From Leptogorgia sarmentosa (taxonomy: Eukaryota), in the NCBI GenBank assembly GCA_964658305.1, contig OZ210885.1, positions 806,001 to 870,000 of the forward strand: DNA of 64,000 nt, given 5' to 3'. Below, in pieces: positions 12,601 through 25,005 of this stretch. The first letter of the stretch is position 1, and the number at the start of each line of letters is the position of its first letter. The notes beneath the pieces are model-generated. The model had not been told where the DNA came from. It saw only the letters and a list, made by a program, of their open reading frames with translations, and did no database searches. The translations under genes were made by a program, and so were the position numbers.

Positions 12601-15600
12601 TCGAAGGTAGGCCTAAATTATAATTTTTTTTTCACTTATGCCAGTTTCACTGCAATTTCTAGTCCGGTTTTCTCCTGTCCGATAATGAAGAACACGTTTA
12701 GGTTATTTTTTCGCTTGCAATGGACAATTCCCCAATCAAACAAAATTTTGAAATATGAGAATTCGTTGCTAATCATTATCATAGCTGGAAAGGGCATCCT
12801 ATAAATTTAGTAAAACTGTGGAGTTTGGTTGCAAAATATCGTAAACTTTGTAAAGTACAGGGACTTGGAGTTTGCGAATTTTGTAATTTATTACACTTTT
12901 TTATTACACACTAAAAAGCGTCCATTATTATTTACCCGCGAGTTGTATTTTATAATGTTCTCAAGCCATTACTTCATATACAGTTCTGACCTCAATACAC
13001 TCTAAATAATGACTGTCTTAATTTGGCATAATACTACGTACACATGCAGGGAACTTTAGATTTGCTATAAAAATCTATTACAGCCTTTTAATTCAGGATC
13101 TTTGCAATCGAAAGCGTTTTATCTTTTTTTTTTATCCGCACCACATCATTGTAAGAAACGTTTAAATAAACCATGTTTTAAGTATGAAAATATAATATTA
13201 AGATCGCAGCAGTTTTCGAAGATATACAGTATAGCAAGTCGAAGCTCCCCATTTTGACACGCAGGCCACAAGCCTGTTTCTAGCAGCTGTCAGTTTTAAC
13301 AATTCTTTTCTCTATAACAACATTTGCTGCGTAAAAATTTACAATTTGCATGAGAATCATATTTTTGTACATAGAACACTAGTTATATACTGGCAGTTGA
13401 CTCTACAAGATTATTTAAAAACGCATTTCACAACAATTTATTAAAACTACATATGTACATTGAATTTCAACATTGCACGGAAGAGTCGTATATATGTCGA
13501 AGTCTTATTATACTGACTCTACCGTGTTTGCAAGAATCTCTATTCCCATATACAGTATTATTGTACATTTTTCCTGCGCTCGTCTTTTCATTAACATCTT
13601 CGTCATTGTACCTGATCCCACGAGTCTTACTCGGTGAATATTTTAGCAGTTCGTATTGGAACCTTTTACACCAACATTATCCCGTTGTGGGAGTCCTCCC
13701 TTTCTTGAGAATTTTAAATGTTTCGTTGCGCAGTAATGGTCTGGTCCAGAAAAATATTATTGAGTTTAAACTTGAGTTTAAGTTCATAACTGCTCCTGCC
13801 CATGCCCTGAGCGCAAAGGAGTGTGCTTTATCAACAAAGGATACAGAGGCAAGTAAGCCGGTCCCTGCAAGAAAACAACCAAGAAAGCATCCCACAGCAA
13901 GAAAACAGGATTTCCCCTGTTGAATCTTCTTCAAAAACGAGCGTTCATTTTGGCCATTTGACGTGGAAATATCTCCAACATTCCCAGGGCCAGGGGGATT
14001 TAGATTTTTAATAGCGAGAAAAATCTTAGTGTACACAAATATTGCAATGAGTATAAAGAGCACCATGCAAATAATTAGAAAGCCTTCAAACAGTTGTCTT
14101 TGGAAAAATGTTAAGGCTATAATGATTATAACCATAAGCAAACATCCGCCAACCAAAAAGTGCGTGATTCTTCTTTTTGTCACCATATTACGATGTTTGA
14201 TGGGATGTACAATGCTCATGTATCGTTCAATACTCATTACTGTTAACGTTATTAAAGATATTAGAAATGGAAGAATCATTATATTTGCTATCAACCGCAG
14301 CGATAAGCAATTTGGAGAACCCAGCGCTTGACTGAAACAAAGATAGCTCAATGAAGGTAAACCGACGAATCCTACCGCTAAATCAGCCAGTGATTGAACC
14401 ATTATCAGGAAATAAGCGATCTTTTCTTTCAGTTGGGGGCATTTCATTATCGTGAAAACAGATATTCCATTGAGGAAAACCGTGGGTAGGATTAAAAACG
14501 TTGTAACTGAACAGGCGCTGATCATGTTGTTGAAATGTGCTTTGGATGGCATCTTTACCAAAATTTCATACCGTGAGTTCAACATAACGCACTGCTGGAA
14601 GAATTCTTCACTTGTGGCATTCATTGTTCCAAATCTTGATCTTCACAAAGTTAAATTACAATGACGAAAAGTCTACTATGTTCTTATCAACGAGAAACCT
14701 ATTGCTGTGTGATGCTGTTTGAACTGCCAAGGCTCTTAAACAGCCACGTAACTAATGGCTATGTATCTCATTCGCTGTTCCCAAGTATCAATATACGTTT
14801 ACATTGTGTGGGGAAAGTTATCAGACAAATTGTTGACCAATTAATTGGGCGTTTTTTAAAGCTTCACATTGCCAGCTGCAAACATGTTAAACTCCTTTTG
14901 ATCCGATAATAATTTATTTTAATCTCATTGTATTATCACTGAAAGGGCTTTTCGTTACGTGCGTTGATAAATTTTTTTCATTTACTTTCTTTATTTTTGA
15001 TCAAATCTGTTCACACACACGTCCAGTTTTCCCTGCTATGCCGAAAAAATTATATATAGTGCGCTGTATTAAATTGTATTCTTTAGCAATCGCCAATTTT
15101 CTCGGTGTCTTTCTTATTGCTATATAGATAAAAGATAATTACAGTACAACATAGACGAGGAGGCATAAAACCGGGGGGATAGGGGGAACATTATAATTTT
15201 CTTTCAATTCTGGTTTATTCTATAGGCCTCGTTTACATTGGGTTTACAGGACAGTGTCATTTTCCGTCTTGTCTGTTACGTCATATTTCTATTAGGATTT
15301 TGTGGCAATGCTACTTGACATTCATTCGATAACGCGCCCCAATATATATTTGCGCTTTTAAGAAATAACAGGTGTATGAATCACACAGACTAAACTGTTT
15401 CTATTGTGTTTTCTTGTGTCCATCAATATATATGCCTGAATATTGTTTTAAATTACAAAGTGGCCTCTGTTGATTTATCTCGAGACGTTTTGGATTCGTA
15501 AGTTTTTTCCCAACACTTCACCGCTATACCGAAAGGCAACGGCTTTTAATTTTAGGAAAAGAAAGCGTATTTCAAAACACACAAACCGCCTCGGCACCGT

Positions 15601-18600
15601 CTGTTCCTCGAATTAAAAAAAGATTTTATGCAAATATTCATCCAATTAATATATACTGTTCTCCTACGTCTGGTCTAATCACGTGTTCATTTTGTCCAGC
15701 CAAAATGAAACAATAAAACACAAAAGTTACGAATCGAAAACGTATCGACAGAGGCAAACTTTGTAAAATTTAAATCTCACGGGTAAAGCGTTCATCCCGT
15801 CCTGTTACATACGTAGACATTCACTCCGTTGGGAACCCAAGAAATATAAAGTTAAAATATCCTTGAAATAGCTTATTGTAAAATATATATTCAAACGATC
15901 AACGCCCATGCATGTGTATCTCATTTTCATGCAGATGTTTGCATTTCCCCACTTACATTCGCTGAGCCTCAATTCACACATTAAAACATTTAATCGCAGC
16001 AAAAATAAAAACAACACAAATTGTTACCAAGGTTTTATTTATACGAGAACGAGTTGGTCAGTGAAGTGAGTGACTTGGTGATGGCCCAGCTATATTGTAT
16101 AGAGGTTTTGTTTACACGAGGTACAGAACAGAGTGTTCCTCTAGGAACCAGTAGGCGTGCTTCATGAGAGGGCTTTCATCGCACTCATGGTGTGGTTGAA
16201 TAAGGCCGTTGATGACAACAATGCGACGAAGGTCTCAATACTTATATTAAAATAGTTGTATTTAGTGATACAACAAGATTCAACGTTTCGGGAAGGGCCA
16301 TTGTTGGTAATAATAATGAGTGGAACTTTCGTTGCATTTGGCTATTATTTAAAAACGGTATTTGAATTTTTTCCTAGGCTGTTCATGCCTGCATGTCGCC
16401 AGTCAACTTAGTCAAACAGCTGTGGTGGCTTATCTCATAGGAAAAGGAATGGTGAGTATAGTCCGTCGGAGATGTATACGTAGATCAGTGTAGTGATGTA
16501 CAGGATGTGACGTCAGTCATCATGTGGGGTGCCGTGGTCAGTGTTTTTTCAGTGGTTTAGATAGTTTTTTTGGATTTTGTGAACGGGAAGGAAAATTTCA
16601 AGTTTTTGCATAGTAGCCCAAATATACACCTAGTTTTATGATATTTAACTTAAAAATCATTAAAAATAATGAAAATGTATCCTTGAATGTTGTAGTCGGT
16701 CTATGCACTCACCGACTCTCACGTGCGAACTGCGTGCGAACTACGTGCGTGAGAGTCGGTGAGTGCATAGTTGATGACAGGCACAATAAGCAACAGACCT
16801 CGCTCCGGGTCTGTTAATGATAAATAATGATTACTAACCAGAATATATTGCCGGTTTAAACTAGGATGTTGATCAAGTTGACAATAATGGTATGACTCCT
16901 CTTATGTGGGCTGCATATAGATCATTTGGGTAAGTGCATGTTTTTTTTGGCGGTTGTTGTGTGCCCTCGTGAAAAAAAATCGTCTTGTTTGAGCTCAATT
17001 TAATGATTTCCTCACTCACAGTCCCACACATCAGATGCAGTCACAGGCTTACACAGCTTTTTACCTCGCTTTCACGGTCAGAAATTGGTGTATCTTCAAA
17101 CGTTCGCTCTCGCCTTCTTTAAAACTTGGTAGCCCTTCACAACACTTTTGTTCATCAATCTGTATGCGGCTTTGGGACAGTCTCTTTTTCTTAGTTTTGT
17201 GCGTTGCAATCGTTTACGCTTCAATGAAACCTTAACATGGAAAACTTCCCGCCAGATATTTAAGAAATGTGCGGGGCTCGGGAATTTGCGCGCTTTGCAA
17301 TAGCCCGCCCTCAAGCACGTATCAGCGTTCACTATCCACACATGCCCGTATAAGGTGATCTGATTCATACTGTGTTTCAGTTTGTCAACCCGTTTTTTAA
17401 ACAAGCATTTTACATTTGTTTGCTTCAACATTTAAAATTTGTTTTTCAGAGTGGATACAATAAGGTTGTTGTTAACAATGGGCGCTTCTATAAACCGAAG
17501 AGATAAATTTCATAAGAACACAGGTAAGGTTTTAACACAAACGTTGCATGATTTTCCTTCATGTTGAGATCTGAAGGTGTCGAGAAAGTGGCATGCCTTG
17601 ACGTTTTTCTCATCTTTTTGGCAAATGCATGGTAATGAGTTGGTGGAGTTTTAAAGATTTACACTGTATTCCCCTCCGGCTGTGTTAATCCTTAAGCACT
17701 GTGAAAATCTGGTTTGTACTATTCTCATGGTCAGCATCAGAAATACCAGTGCAACATTAACACTTGGTTTAAAAACGATCACGACAGACTACTGTGTCCT
17801 AGTGAACTGAATTAACCACACACTCAAACCTACGATAGAAACTACCAAAACGATAGAAACAGGTTCGACCAGGCAATACGTACACTGGACGCATATTGAA
17901 GTTAATATAGTTTGGTATAGTCAGTCACCAAACAGCAAAGGTTCAACTCACTACCTAAGCGATAGAAACAGGTTCGACTAGGCAATAATCAATCAATCCT
18001 GTTTTCATCAATGTTGCACCAAGTTGGTGATTTTTTGTATTTGTCAAGCATTATACGACTCACCCCAGTATCCAAATTAGTTCAGTCTGTCGCACCCCTT
18101 CCCCCTCCCTCCCCCACTACGACTGTCCTAAATTTGATTTGTTTTTCTCATACAGTATGGTTAATCTGCAGATGCTTAATTTTCTTTTTAAGCATTACAC
18201 TGGGCTGTGATATCTAGCAATCACAATGCTCTTTCAGTGCTGACTAAAGCCTCGGCAGATGCAGCTATCACAAATGAGAAGGTCAGTGTATCATGAAATC
18301 CAATATTCGAGCCGAAATTCTTATGAAGTAAATAAAAGTAAATAAAAGAGAAAAGTAAATAAATGAAACTCGTAAAAATCAGTGTTTCTGTTTTTTGTTC
18401 CTACAGTGTATTTTGTTCCTATAGGGTATTTTGTCCCTATAGGGTATTTTGTTTCTATAGGGGATTTTGTTCTTATAGGGTATTTTGTTCCTGTAAGGTT
18501 TTTTCCTATAGGGTATTTTGTTCCTGTAAGGTTTTTTCCTATAGGGTATTTTGTTCCTATAGGGTTGTTCCTATAGGTTTTTCGTTCCTATAGCGTATTT

Positions 18601-21600
18601 TTGATGAGGTTTATTATTTCTTTCGCAGGGTGAGACGCCACTAGATCTTGCTAAGCAGAAGAAATCATCGCATGTGATGACTCAGTTAGAATATCTAAAC
18701 CTTAATCAAGGTCGTGAACAACCTGGCTGGCTTCGGAACTTATCCACTAATAAAGTAACTATAACGTTTATTTCAGTCTTCTCATTCCCAATTGGTTGAA
18801 TTCCTGCGATTTAACTACACTAAATGTGCAATTTTCTTTTTTGTTCTACAGATATGGCGTTACCGAATCATGTTTTGGCTTCCGTTCTATACGTTGTTCT
18901 CAATGGCAGGTATACTGGAATGGACTAGTGGATGGGACTGCTTTTTACTCATTATATCTTCTGTCTTAATAACCTGGGGATGTATAAGGTAACGAAAGTG
19001 GCTATAAACATTCTACATAAACTGATTTCTTGATCACATGGCCAAAGATGTTGTTATATGGCTTTTGAAAATTCCCTATTCTAATTGGTTCAAAAACAGT
19101 CCGTAAAAACCCATCTCCGTATAAGGACCGGTGTTCCAGACGTCGTTTATCTGGCGGGAAATTGTGTCACACACTACCGTCATGAATATAATTTACTTCC
19201 TTTCTAAATTACGCGATGTCTAAAATAATCGAGGCCAATGCAGAGGAAAGTGCATTAAATTTACAAAAAAGATCATGCACGAAATAAACAGCTAAATTTA
19301 AAACGTTGAAGAAATTGTTGTTTGTGATGATAAAGTGTGAATGAACATGACTGGAAATTGCCATTTGTCCCTCTTCTTTGTAACCCGTAGCTTATAACTC
19401 GTAAGCTTTACATTGCCAAACAAATTGTTGATAAATTTTAATTGTCAAAAATCTTAACCACTTTTTTTCTGCATTTTTGTGTTTTGTGCAATTGCATATT
19501 TTTTGGTATTTCCTAAAAAATCGATCAGCAGAAATAAAAACGATTTTCGGCCGCCATGTTGGGAAAAAGCCTTATAGTAAATAATGCCTCAGATTTACTA
19601 GTCAGACAGCCAATCAAAATGCTTTAACCATAATTTACTACTGAAATTATACTAATTTTTATTATCATTGTATTATATTTATAGTAATAGTGGATGAAAA
19701 TAATAATAATTACCTGATACTAATTTGTATTATATGTACTTTCCTTGCAGATTATTTTATAGTTACGACATGGCCTCCAATCCTATAGCAGTTGCTATTG
19801 CTATAGCAACAAAAGTCATGACATATACTGTGTGGTATTTTTTTATAATGGAACATATCCTTTTCAACAAACTTGATGTGTATCCATGTACTATACAATG
19901 TGGCTAGGGTGCTTTATCACCTTGTTCTCCCTATGGCTAATCGTGCTTCACCTGTTTGTAACGTTATAAGGGCGGGGTGGAGGAGGGGCTTTCATGAGGT
20001 GTTGTGGTCCATTTCGCATTCTCTTTTATGCCATATCCATTTATTGTTATTTTTATCTAGTTTTGTGTTGTCATGTTGTGAACACTCAATGTTTATTTTC
20101 CTTAACGTTTCTTCACATTGTACATTTTACTTTATTTTACCTTTCATTGCTTTTTCTGCGGTGTTATTTTATTCGTTTCATAAAGCATGGAAAACCGATC
20201 CCGGTACCATAACAGCCACGCATGGAGAGAGGAAAAGGGTAAACATTTCGTTCTCAAATATCGATTTTATTCGTTATTTGTATAACTGGCGATTATTACT
20301 ATCTTGCATTTTTAGATTATTGTAAACCTTGCAGAAGATGGCTCTTTAGACTTCAAGAGTTTTTGTCCAACTTGTCTCGTAAGTAACTTCAAATAACTAG
20401 TTATATGCAATTATGCGTGTGATTTTTGCATGATCATAGAATTTCGAAATTCTTTTATCATCGTAAACATTATTCAATGATCATAAACATTGTTGGACCA
20501 TCATAAACATTATTCAATGATCATAAACATTGTTGGACCATCATAAACATTGTTGCTCCATTGCATGAACGGGTCTTTTTGTCAGTCAAATATTTCTTTT
20601 TTTCAGGTAAGGCGTCCAATTCGCTCTAAACATTGTTCTATCTGTAATTGCTGTGTGGCTCGTATGGATCATCACTGTCCTTGGGTTGATAACTGTATAG
20701 GTAAGACCTACTTGCAAAGGTAGGCGAATCTGGAATTTGAAACTGGATATTTTTTTCCACCAAATTTCCAATTTTAAAGCAATTGAATCAAAACTTCTCC
20801 AATGTCTTGTAATTTAATTGTTTTCGGCTGCATTTTATGCAAAATGTGTTGTTAAATCTTTGTTAAAGATGCAGCTTCCTGAAAAATGTTGTCGAATTTA
20901 TTGATGATTTATTGAATATATAATATTTATTGATAGATTGATATTTTGTATATGAGTTTTTTATAATCGCACACATTCTGGTGCTTGCAATTGTGTGATT
21001 ACAATATACTGTAGTTTCGCAATATGACTACCCTCGTGTGCAACGGTATCAACGTGTTTCATCTATTTCTGTCGTTAAATATGCATTTCAACACTTTATT
21101 TTTAGGGGTAGATAACCATGCATCATTCATAATCTATCTGTTCGCTGTGATTGTCTGTTACTCTTATGTTATGTACGGAGCATTTTACTGTAAGTATAAG
21201 CTTGACCATCAATGGAATCGCTAAAACTGCAGAACATCCGTGATACGCTTAACATTAAATCCATTCCGGGACTTTGTATTGACATAGTTTAAACCAGAAC
21301 AGGAATGAGTGTGCAACTTTCGACTTATATAACAGTCTTTATGTAACTTATGTAACAGTCTTTTTAATAGTTAACAATAATGGCGATATTTCAGTAATAA
21401 AGAACGCTGGAATTAAGTGTCGGTTTTTAGCTTTGTCAAATCCCAAACGAATTTTAAAAATTGATACGTGCATTGACATTGCCGTCTTGATCAAAATATA
21501 TAAATACAAAGTGCAGAAATATTTTGAAGAGGAAGTTATGGGGTTCCAAAGTAAAGCGCATCACGTCTTTTTCTTGCGTTTCCAGTCCGTTCCTTCGATT

Positions 21601-23091
21601 GTCTGTGGTACAAGCACCAATCTTCCACAGCCTTTTTGCCTGCCTAAAATAAAACCAATCAAAACCCAAACTTATCAGTTATCAGTTATGTCATGACATT
21701 GCTCCAATTTGTGGAATACTATATGAATGATTTGTTCACGAAAAAGACTTTTAAATAATAAATAAAATTTCATGCATCCACAACAATACAAGTAAAATTT
21801 CACTCTACGATGTAAAATTCTGGTATGTTTTAGATTTTTCGAACGAGTGTCGTGCATTTGATAATGGAATTCTCAAAGGTTTTACAGCAATGTTTCAATG
21901 TTCTGGTATGATCTCGTGGACTGTGTTACTGGCTGTATTCTATCTTTTCTGGGTCACTTCGCTGTTTATTTCGCAATGTCATCAGGTATTTTCAATTTGC
22001 TGTCACGTAGGTGCGCTGAAATTTTTTTATTAGATACAGATTAGAAAATCAGATTTTATTTGGGTACGCGCCGGAAACTGTACAAGAGCTACATGCAGAC
22101 ATGTGTAGAAGCATTTTACGCCTCTCTTTTCTTAATATTTGTCTTTTTTCGAGTGTGTATTTTGTGACATTTCATTTTGTAATTATAACAAATTTCAATA
22201 TGTGGCAGTGTAAAGGTAGCGGTAAAAAGCAAAAGTTCTCACTACCTAATCGATTCGACAAAATTGAACGTTTCGAGTATAGGTTCGCATTTAGTGTAAA
22301 AGGGTTCACCCGTAACGTCGAATCCTATATGATAATGTTTAGGTAATAAATATAACTTTTGCTGCTTATTTTTCCAGAATTATTGTCGAGCATGAGTTTT
22401 TACTACTCTCTGTAACTCTAAGAAGCTTTACTTTCTTTACACGTTGTAGTGTTGTCTTGTCTAAACGTTGAATTTGTTTAGGTATTTTGGCGTGGCATGA
22501 CAACAAATGAAGTTATAAATGCTCCGCGATATCAACATTTCTTCAACAAAAGTAATGATGGCATGCCGAACAGTCCATTCACGTAAGTAAACATATTGAA
22601 TGTGTTCACCTAGAATCATCACGGGTTAAAATTGGATAGATGGGGGTCATTAGGTACACGAATTAGATAAATATCAGTTGCATGAAATGTATAGATAGCA
22701 ACATTTGCAGCAGATAGATAATTGGGGGCATCAGGGACCGGTTGTTCGTAGCCCGTTTAGCTTAAATGGTGGATAACTGTGTGATCGCAGCCTTTACGGA
22801 AAGCGTCGATTCGTTACAAGTATATTCTTCAGTATGTCTTTTTCTTCAAAAATACGAAACGTGAATGATTTTTGTCGTTTTTGGTTTTATTTTTCTCTCC
22901 GCTATTTCTTTTCAGTTGTATTGGGTTCGTTTTAATTATTATTTCACTGTATTTTTAGACGTGGTTTTATCGGCAATATTGCAGATTTCTTTCAGTGTTC
23001 TTGTTTTGGTCTGGTGAGACCTGTGTATGTTGACTGGAAGTCTGAGTTTGACTTTGACAAATTTTCAAGTCATAGAAAGCAAACTGTATAA
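9617..23091 (+). CDS. ZDHHC17: Ankyrin-repeat DHHC palmitoyltransferase (ZDHHC17/13, HIP14-like). Exons 9617-9981, 11757-11834, 12536-12606, 16378-16451, 16865-16929, 17450-17523, 18193-18281, 18629-18754, 18852-18988, 19751-19854, 20117-20238, 20316-20378, 20607-20700, 21106-21189, 21834-21985, 22482-22582, 22959-23091
   Basis: Ankyrin motifs [35 protein letters not shown] and [15 protein letters not shown], then [37 protein letters not shown] (DHHC-CRD), the GMTTNE motif, SPFTRG, and a C-terminus of RKQTV*. Splice phases are consistent throughout. Confidence 0.95.
9990..11025. repeat. Minisatellite, 84-86 bp unit, about 12 copies, in the first coding intron of ZDHHC17
   Basis: The unit 'gaccactttaggctactttctctattgat.cttaaaa.gtggaaggactggatttagtctttgaa.aaataagtctgtattaat' recurs at 10335, 10419, 10503 and onward. 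Confidence 0.95.
11056..11185 (+). ncRNA. Intronic 130-nt repeat, copy 1; candidate box H/ACA snoRNA or MITE fragment
   Basis: GCACTG...CAGTGC hairpin, ACATTA (ANANNA), second hairpin GGTTTAA..TCAC..GTGA..TTAACC, then ACA. The repeat itself is certain; the RNA call is inference. Confidence 0.35.
11421..11629. mobile_element. Foldback (about 95-bp inverted arms) with a hammerhead-like motif in each arm; probable Penelope-like element remnant
   Basis: gacatcttgagaa...cttcagacagaatgaa is the reverse complement of ttcattctgtctgaag...ttctcaagatgtc. The arms contain CTGAAGA-T-stem-GAAA. Confidence 0.6.
12172..12301 (+). ncRNA. Intronic 130-nt repeat, copy 2
   Basis: Near-identical to 11056-11185, with ACA kept at the same offset (12296). 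Confidence 0.35.
13677..14624 (-). CDS. Intronless class A (rhodopsin-like) orphan GPCR, 315 aa, nested antisense in a ZDHHC17 intron
   Basis: Seven hydrophobic segments; TM1 LNG, TM2 [10 protein letters not shown]3 SIERY..IVHP, TM7 [11 protein letters not shown], helix 8 [10 protein letters not shown]-terminal NAT sequon. Confidence 0.9.
   Translation of the reverse strand: MNATSEEFFQQCVMLNSRYEILVKMPSKAHFNNMISACSVTTFLILPTVFLNGISVFTIMKCPQLKEKIAYFLIMVQSLADLAVGFVGLPSLSYLCFSQALGSPNCLSLRLIANIMILPFLISLITLTVMSIERYMSIVHPIKHRNMVTKRRITHFLVGGCLLMVIIIIALTFFQRQLFEGFLIICMVLFILIAIFVYTKIFLAIKNLNPPGPGNVGDISTSNGQNERSFLKKIQQGKSCFLAVGCFLGCFLAGTGLLASVSFVDKAHSFALRAWAGAVMNLNSSLNSIIFFWTRPLLRNETFKILKKGRTPTTG
16701..16770. 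repeat. Short perfect hairpin (23-bp arms)
   Basis: ctatgcactcaccgactctcacg ... cgtgagagtcggtgagtgcatag. Confidence 0.85.
17696..17825 (+). ncRNA. Intronic 130-nt repeat, copy 3
   Basis: Near-identical to copies 1 and 2, with ACA at 17820. Confidence 0.35.
18392..18601. repeat. Tandem repeat, about 18-bp unit (gttcctatagggtatttt), about 11 copies
   Basis: Seen directly; it explains the periodic ORFs at 18363 and 18382. Confidence 0.9.
19058..19165. repeat. Dispersed repeat, related copy at about 62039-62165
   Basis: Shared 'ggctttt.aaaatt...tattct.attggtt...gtccgtaaaaacccat.tccg...ggaccggtgt.cc.ga.gtcgtttatctggcggga'. Confidence 0.8.
19855..20116 (+). other. U12-type (minor spliceosome) AT-AC intron in ZDHHC17
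   Basis: 5' site ATATCCTTTT, branch site TTTTCCTTAAC at 20096-20106, 3' end CAC 10 nt later. Splicing restores the frame (..[19 protein letters not shown]). Confidence 0.92.
20460..20554. repeat. Tandem repeat, 20-bp unit with two alternating variants
   Basis: atcataaacattattcaatg alternates with atcataaacattgttggacc. Confidence 0.85.
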
Positions 23092-24206
23092 CACGATATG
23101 GAAGCAATTCAGTAGTTTTTCCCCGTCGCTAAGAACAGAGACTAGTTGTTGCTGAAGCGATTAGTAAAAGATCTTAAAGTTGGTCATGATAATTTTAGTG
23201 TGAGAAGCAATATTTTATTTTAGATTAAGTTCTGTGAAGATCTTACGAGTTAGAGCTGACTTTTGCATCGCCGCACGACATTGAACATGGAATTAGTGTT
23301 ATTGACGGTCCCGAACCAATTGTTTCTCTGAGCTCATTGACTTTTTCATGTAAAATTATATCATAGGTGTGCCAGATGCATACACTTCAATCTGCTAGGG
23401 ATAAACTTGGAAATCTGGAGAACGTTACTAAAGCTGTTAGCTCAATTCGGTAATTTTAGATTCAAAGCAGATCTTTCAACAGTTTGTTTATGAGTTTCGA
23501 AATATTTCTTCAGAAACTTTATGTCATTAAGACCTGAAACGGCCAGATGAATGTGGAAATACGCAAACCACAACACTCACTGGCTTGAGTGACTAATACT
23601 GATTTTCTCAACTCCCCCTAATCAATGTACAGTCGTAGCTGTATATTTGTGATGTGGTAATGTTTAAAAACTTTTTATCAGCTACAACATTGGAAGAGGG
23701 GCGGGGTGGGGTGGGGGGGGGGGGGGTAGGGCGGGGAAGAGGAGGATGTGAATGTAGCGTAGTAGCTTGTAAAGCTTAATGTCCCAATTTAATTTTTGGC
23801 CAGGATCTTAGCTCCAAATAACTAGCTCCTGAAATATAAATGTCTAAATGTGTGCCTGGAGTTAAAATAATGTAAGCAACCGTAATTTTGGCGGTTGAGG
23901 GGCCACAAAACACAATGTTTCCCTCGGTCTCAGTAAATTAGTGATAATTCTGGACGGTGCCGTAGCCAGAACGATAATTGGGGAAGGGGGGGGGGGGGCA
24001 TATTCCAATAATAATTGAAATTCCATTTTGAAATCAATTCTTTTTATTATATGTGAACACGAATATATGAATATGCCCCTCGCCACAGCTAGGTTATAGA
24101 AACACGGGTAAAAGTTTGGGAGAAAGGAGAAATTCAACGGTAAAGGGTAATGATAAGCGTTTCATTTGACAAAAATGATTCGCAATGAAATGGCTACTGA
24201 TACATA

Positions 24207-24570
24207 CCGTAAATGCTCTAATTAACGCCCCCTATCAAATAAACGCCTCTTATCTAATAAACGCCCCCCACTAATGGGTAAGTTTGTATTAGACGCCTCT
24301 CTCTATTAAACGCCCCGTATCTAATAGACGCCCCCCCGAATCGATCTGTGAAGGACATAGCGTTTTATATTATTACCACAATGAACTGGGATATCAATTG
24401 GGCTCAGAAACTATACATGTTATAGTCTTAGTTTTTGTTTTGTTTAGCAGTAAAGTTATAGAGATGAAATAAACGCCTCTCTCTATTAAACGCCTCATAT
24501 CTATTAAACGCCCTCCCTAGAACCGCTAAAATTTATTAAACGCCCCGGGCGTTTATTAGAGCATTTACGG
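24207..24570. mobile_element. Tc1/mariner-pogo (Tc2-like) MITE
   Basis: TA-CCGTAAATGCTCTAAT...ATTAGAGCATTTACGG-TA, internal subterminal repeats 'taaacgccyc'; absent from the paralogous site near 35830. Confidence 0.85.
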
Positions 24571-25005
24571 TACATACATGGGAGATACATGAACATCCGC
24601 AAACTCTAGGTAAACCCACGTAAACATACAAGGCAAAGTTAAACAGGTGCAAAAAGAGCAAATAAATGCGCATTAAAATGTCAGATAGTTAAAATTGATT
24701 GTTTACATTACATTCTTTACTGCCAACTCTACAGACGTATGTCTTACAATTTACTCACAATGTGACGTTTCTCTATGTGTATCTTTGTGAACACAGCTTA
24801 GCGTCTTGTTAGAATGCGAAGTAGTGCCGTGTTTCACTGAAAATTTAGTGCGGCTCAACCACATAAAAAAGTTTATTATTTCCAGCTTATTATAATTGTG
24901 AATTTGAATATACAAATCTACCTGTTCTGAATTGGCACGACTATCTGGTAATTTATGTTTTTTTAAATGTTGGGATGTATTAAGGACAGTGGATGGTGCA
25001 AAGTT

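Noticed and set aside
13453..14664. Plus-strand ORFs over the GPCR
   Set aside because: Antisense shadows of the GPCR with no protein features.
17096..17431. 111-aa basic minus-strand ORF in a ZDHHC17 intron
   Set aside because: No recognisable motif or splice support.
18363..18593. Periodic ORFs (YRVFCS / PIGYFV repeats)
   Set aside because: Translation of an intronic 18-bp tandem repeat.
23696..23745. G-tract with G-quadruplex potential
   Set aside because: Poly-G/C runs occur repeatedly in this window inside repeats; there is no specific evidence of function.
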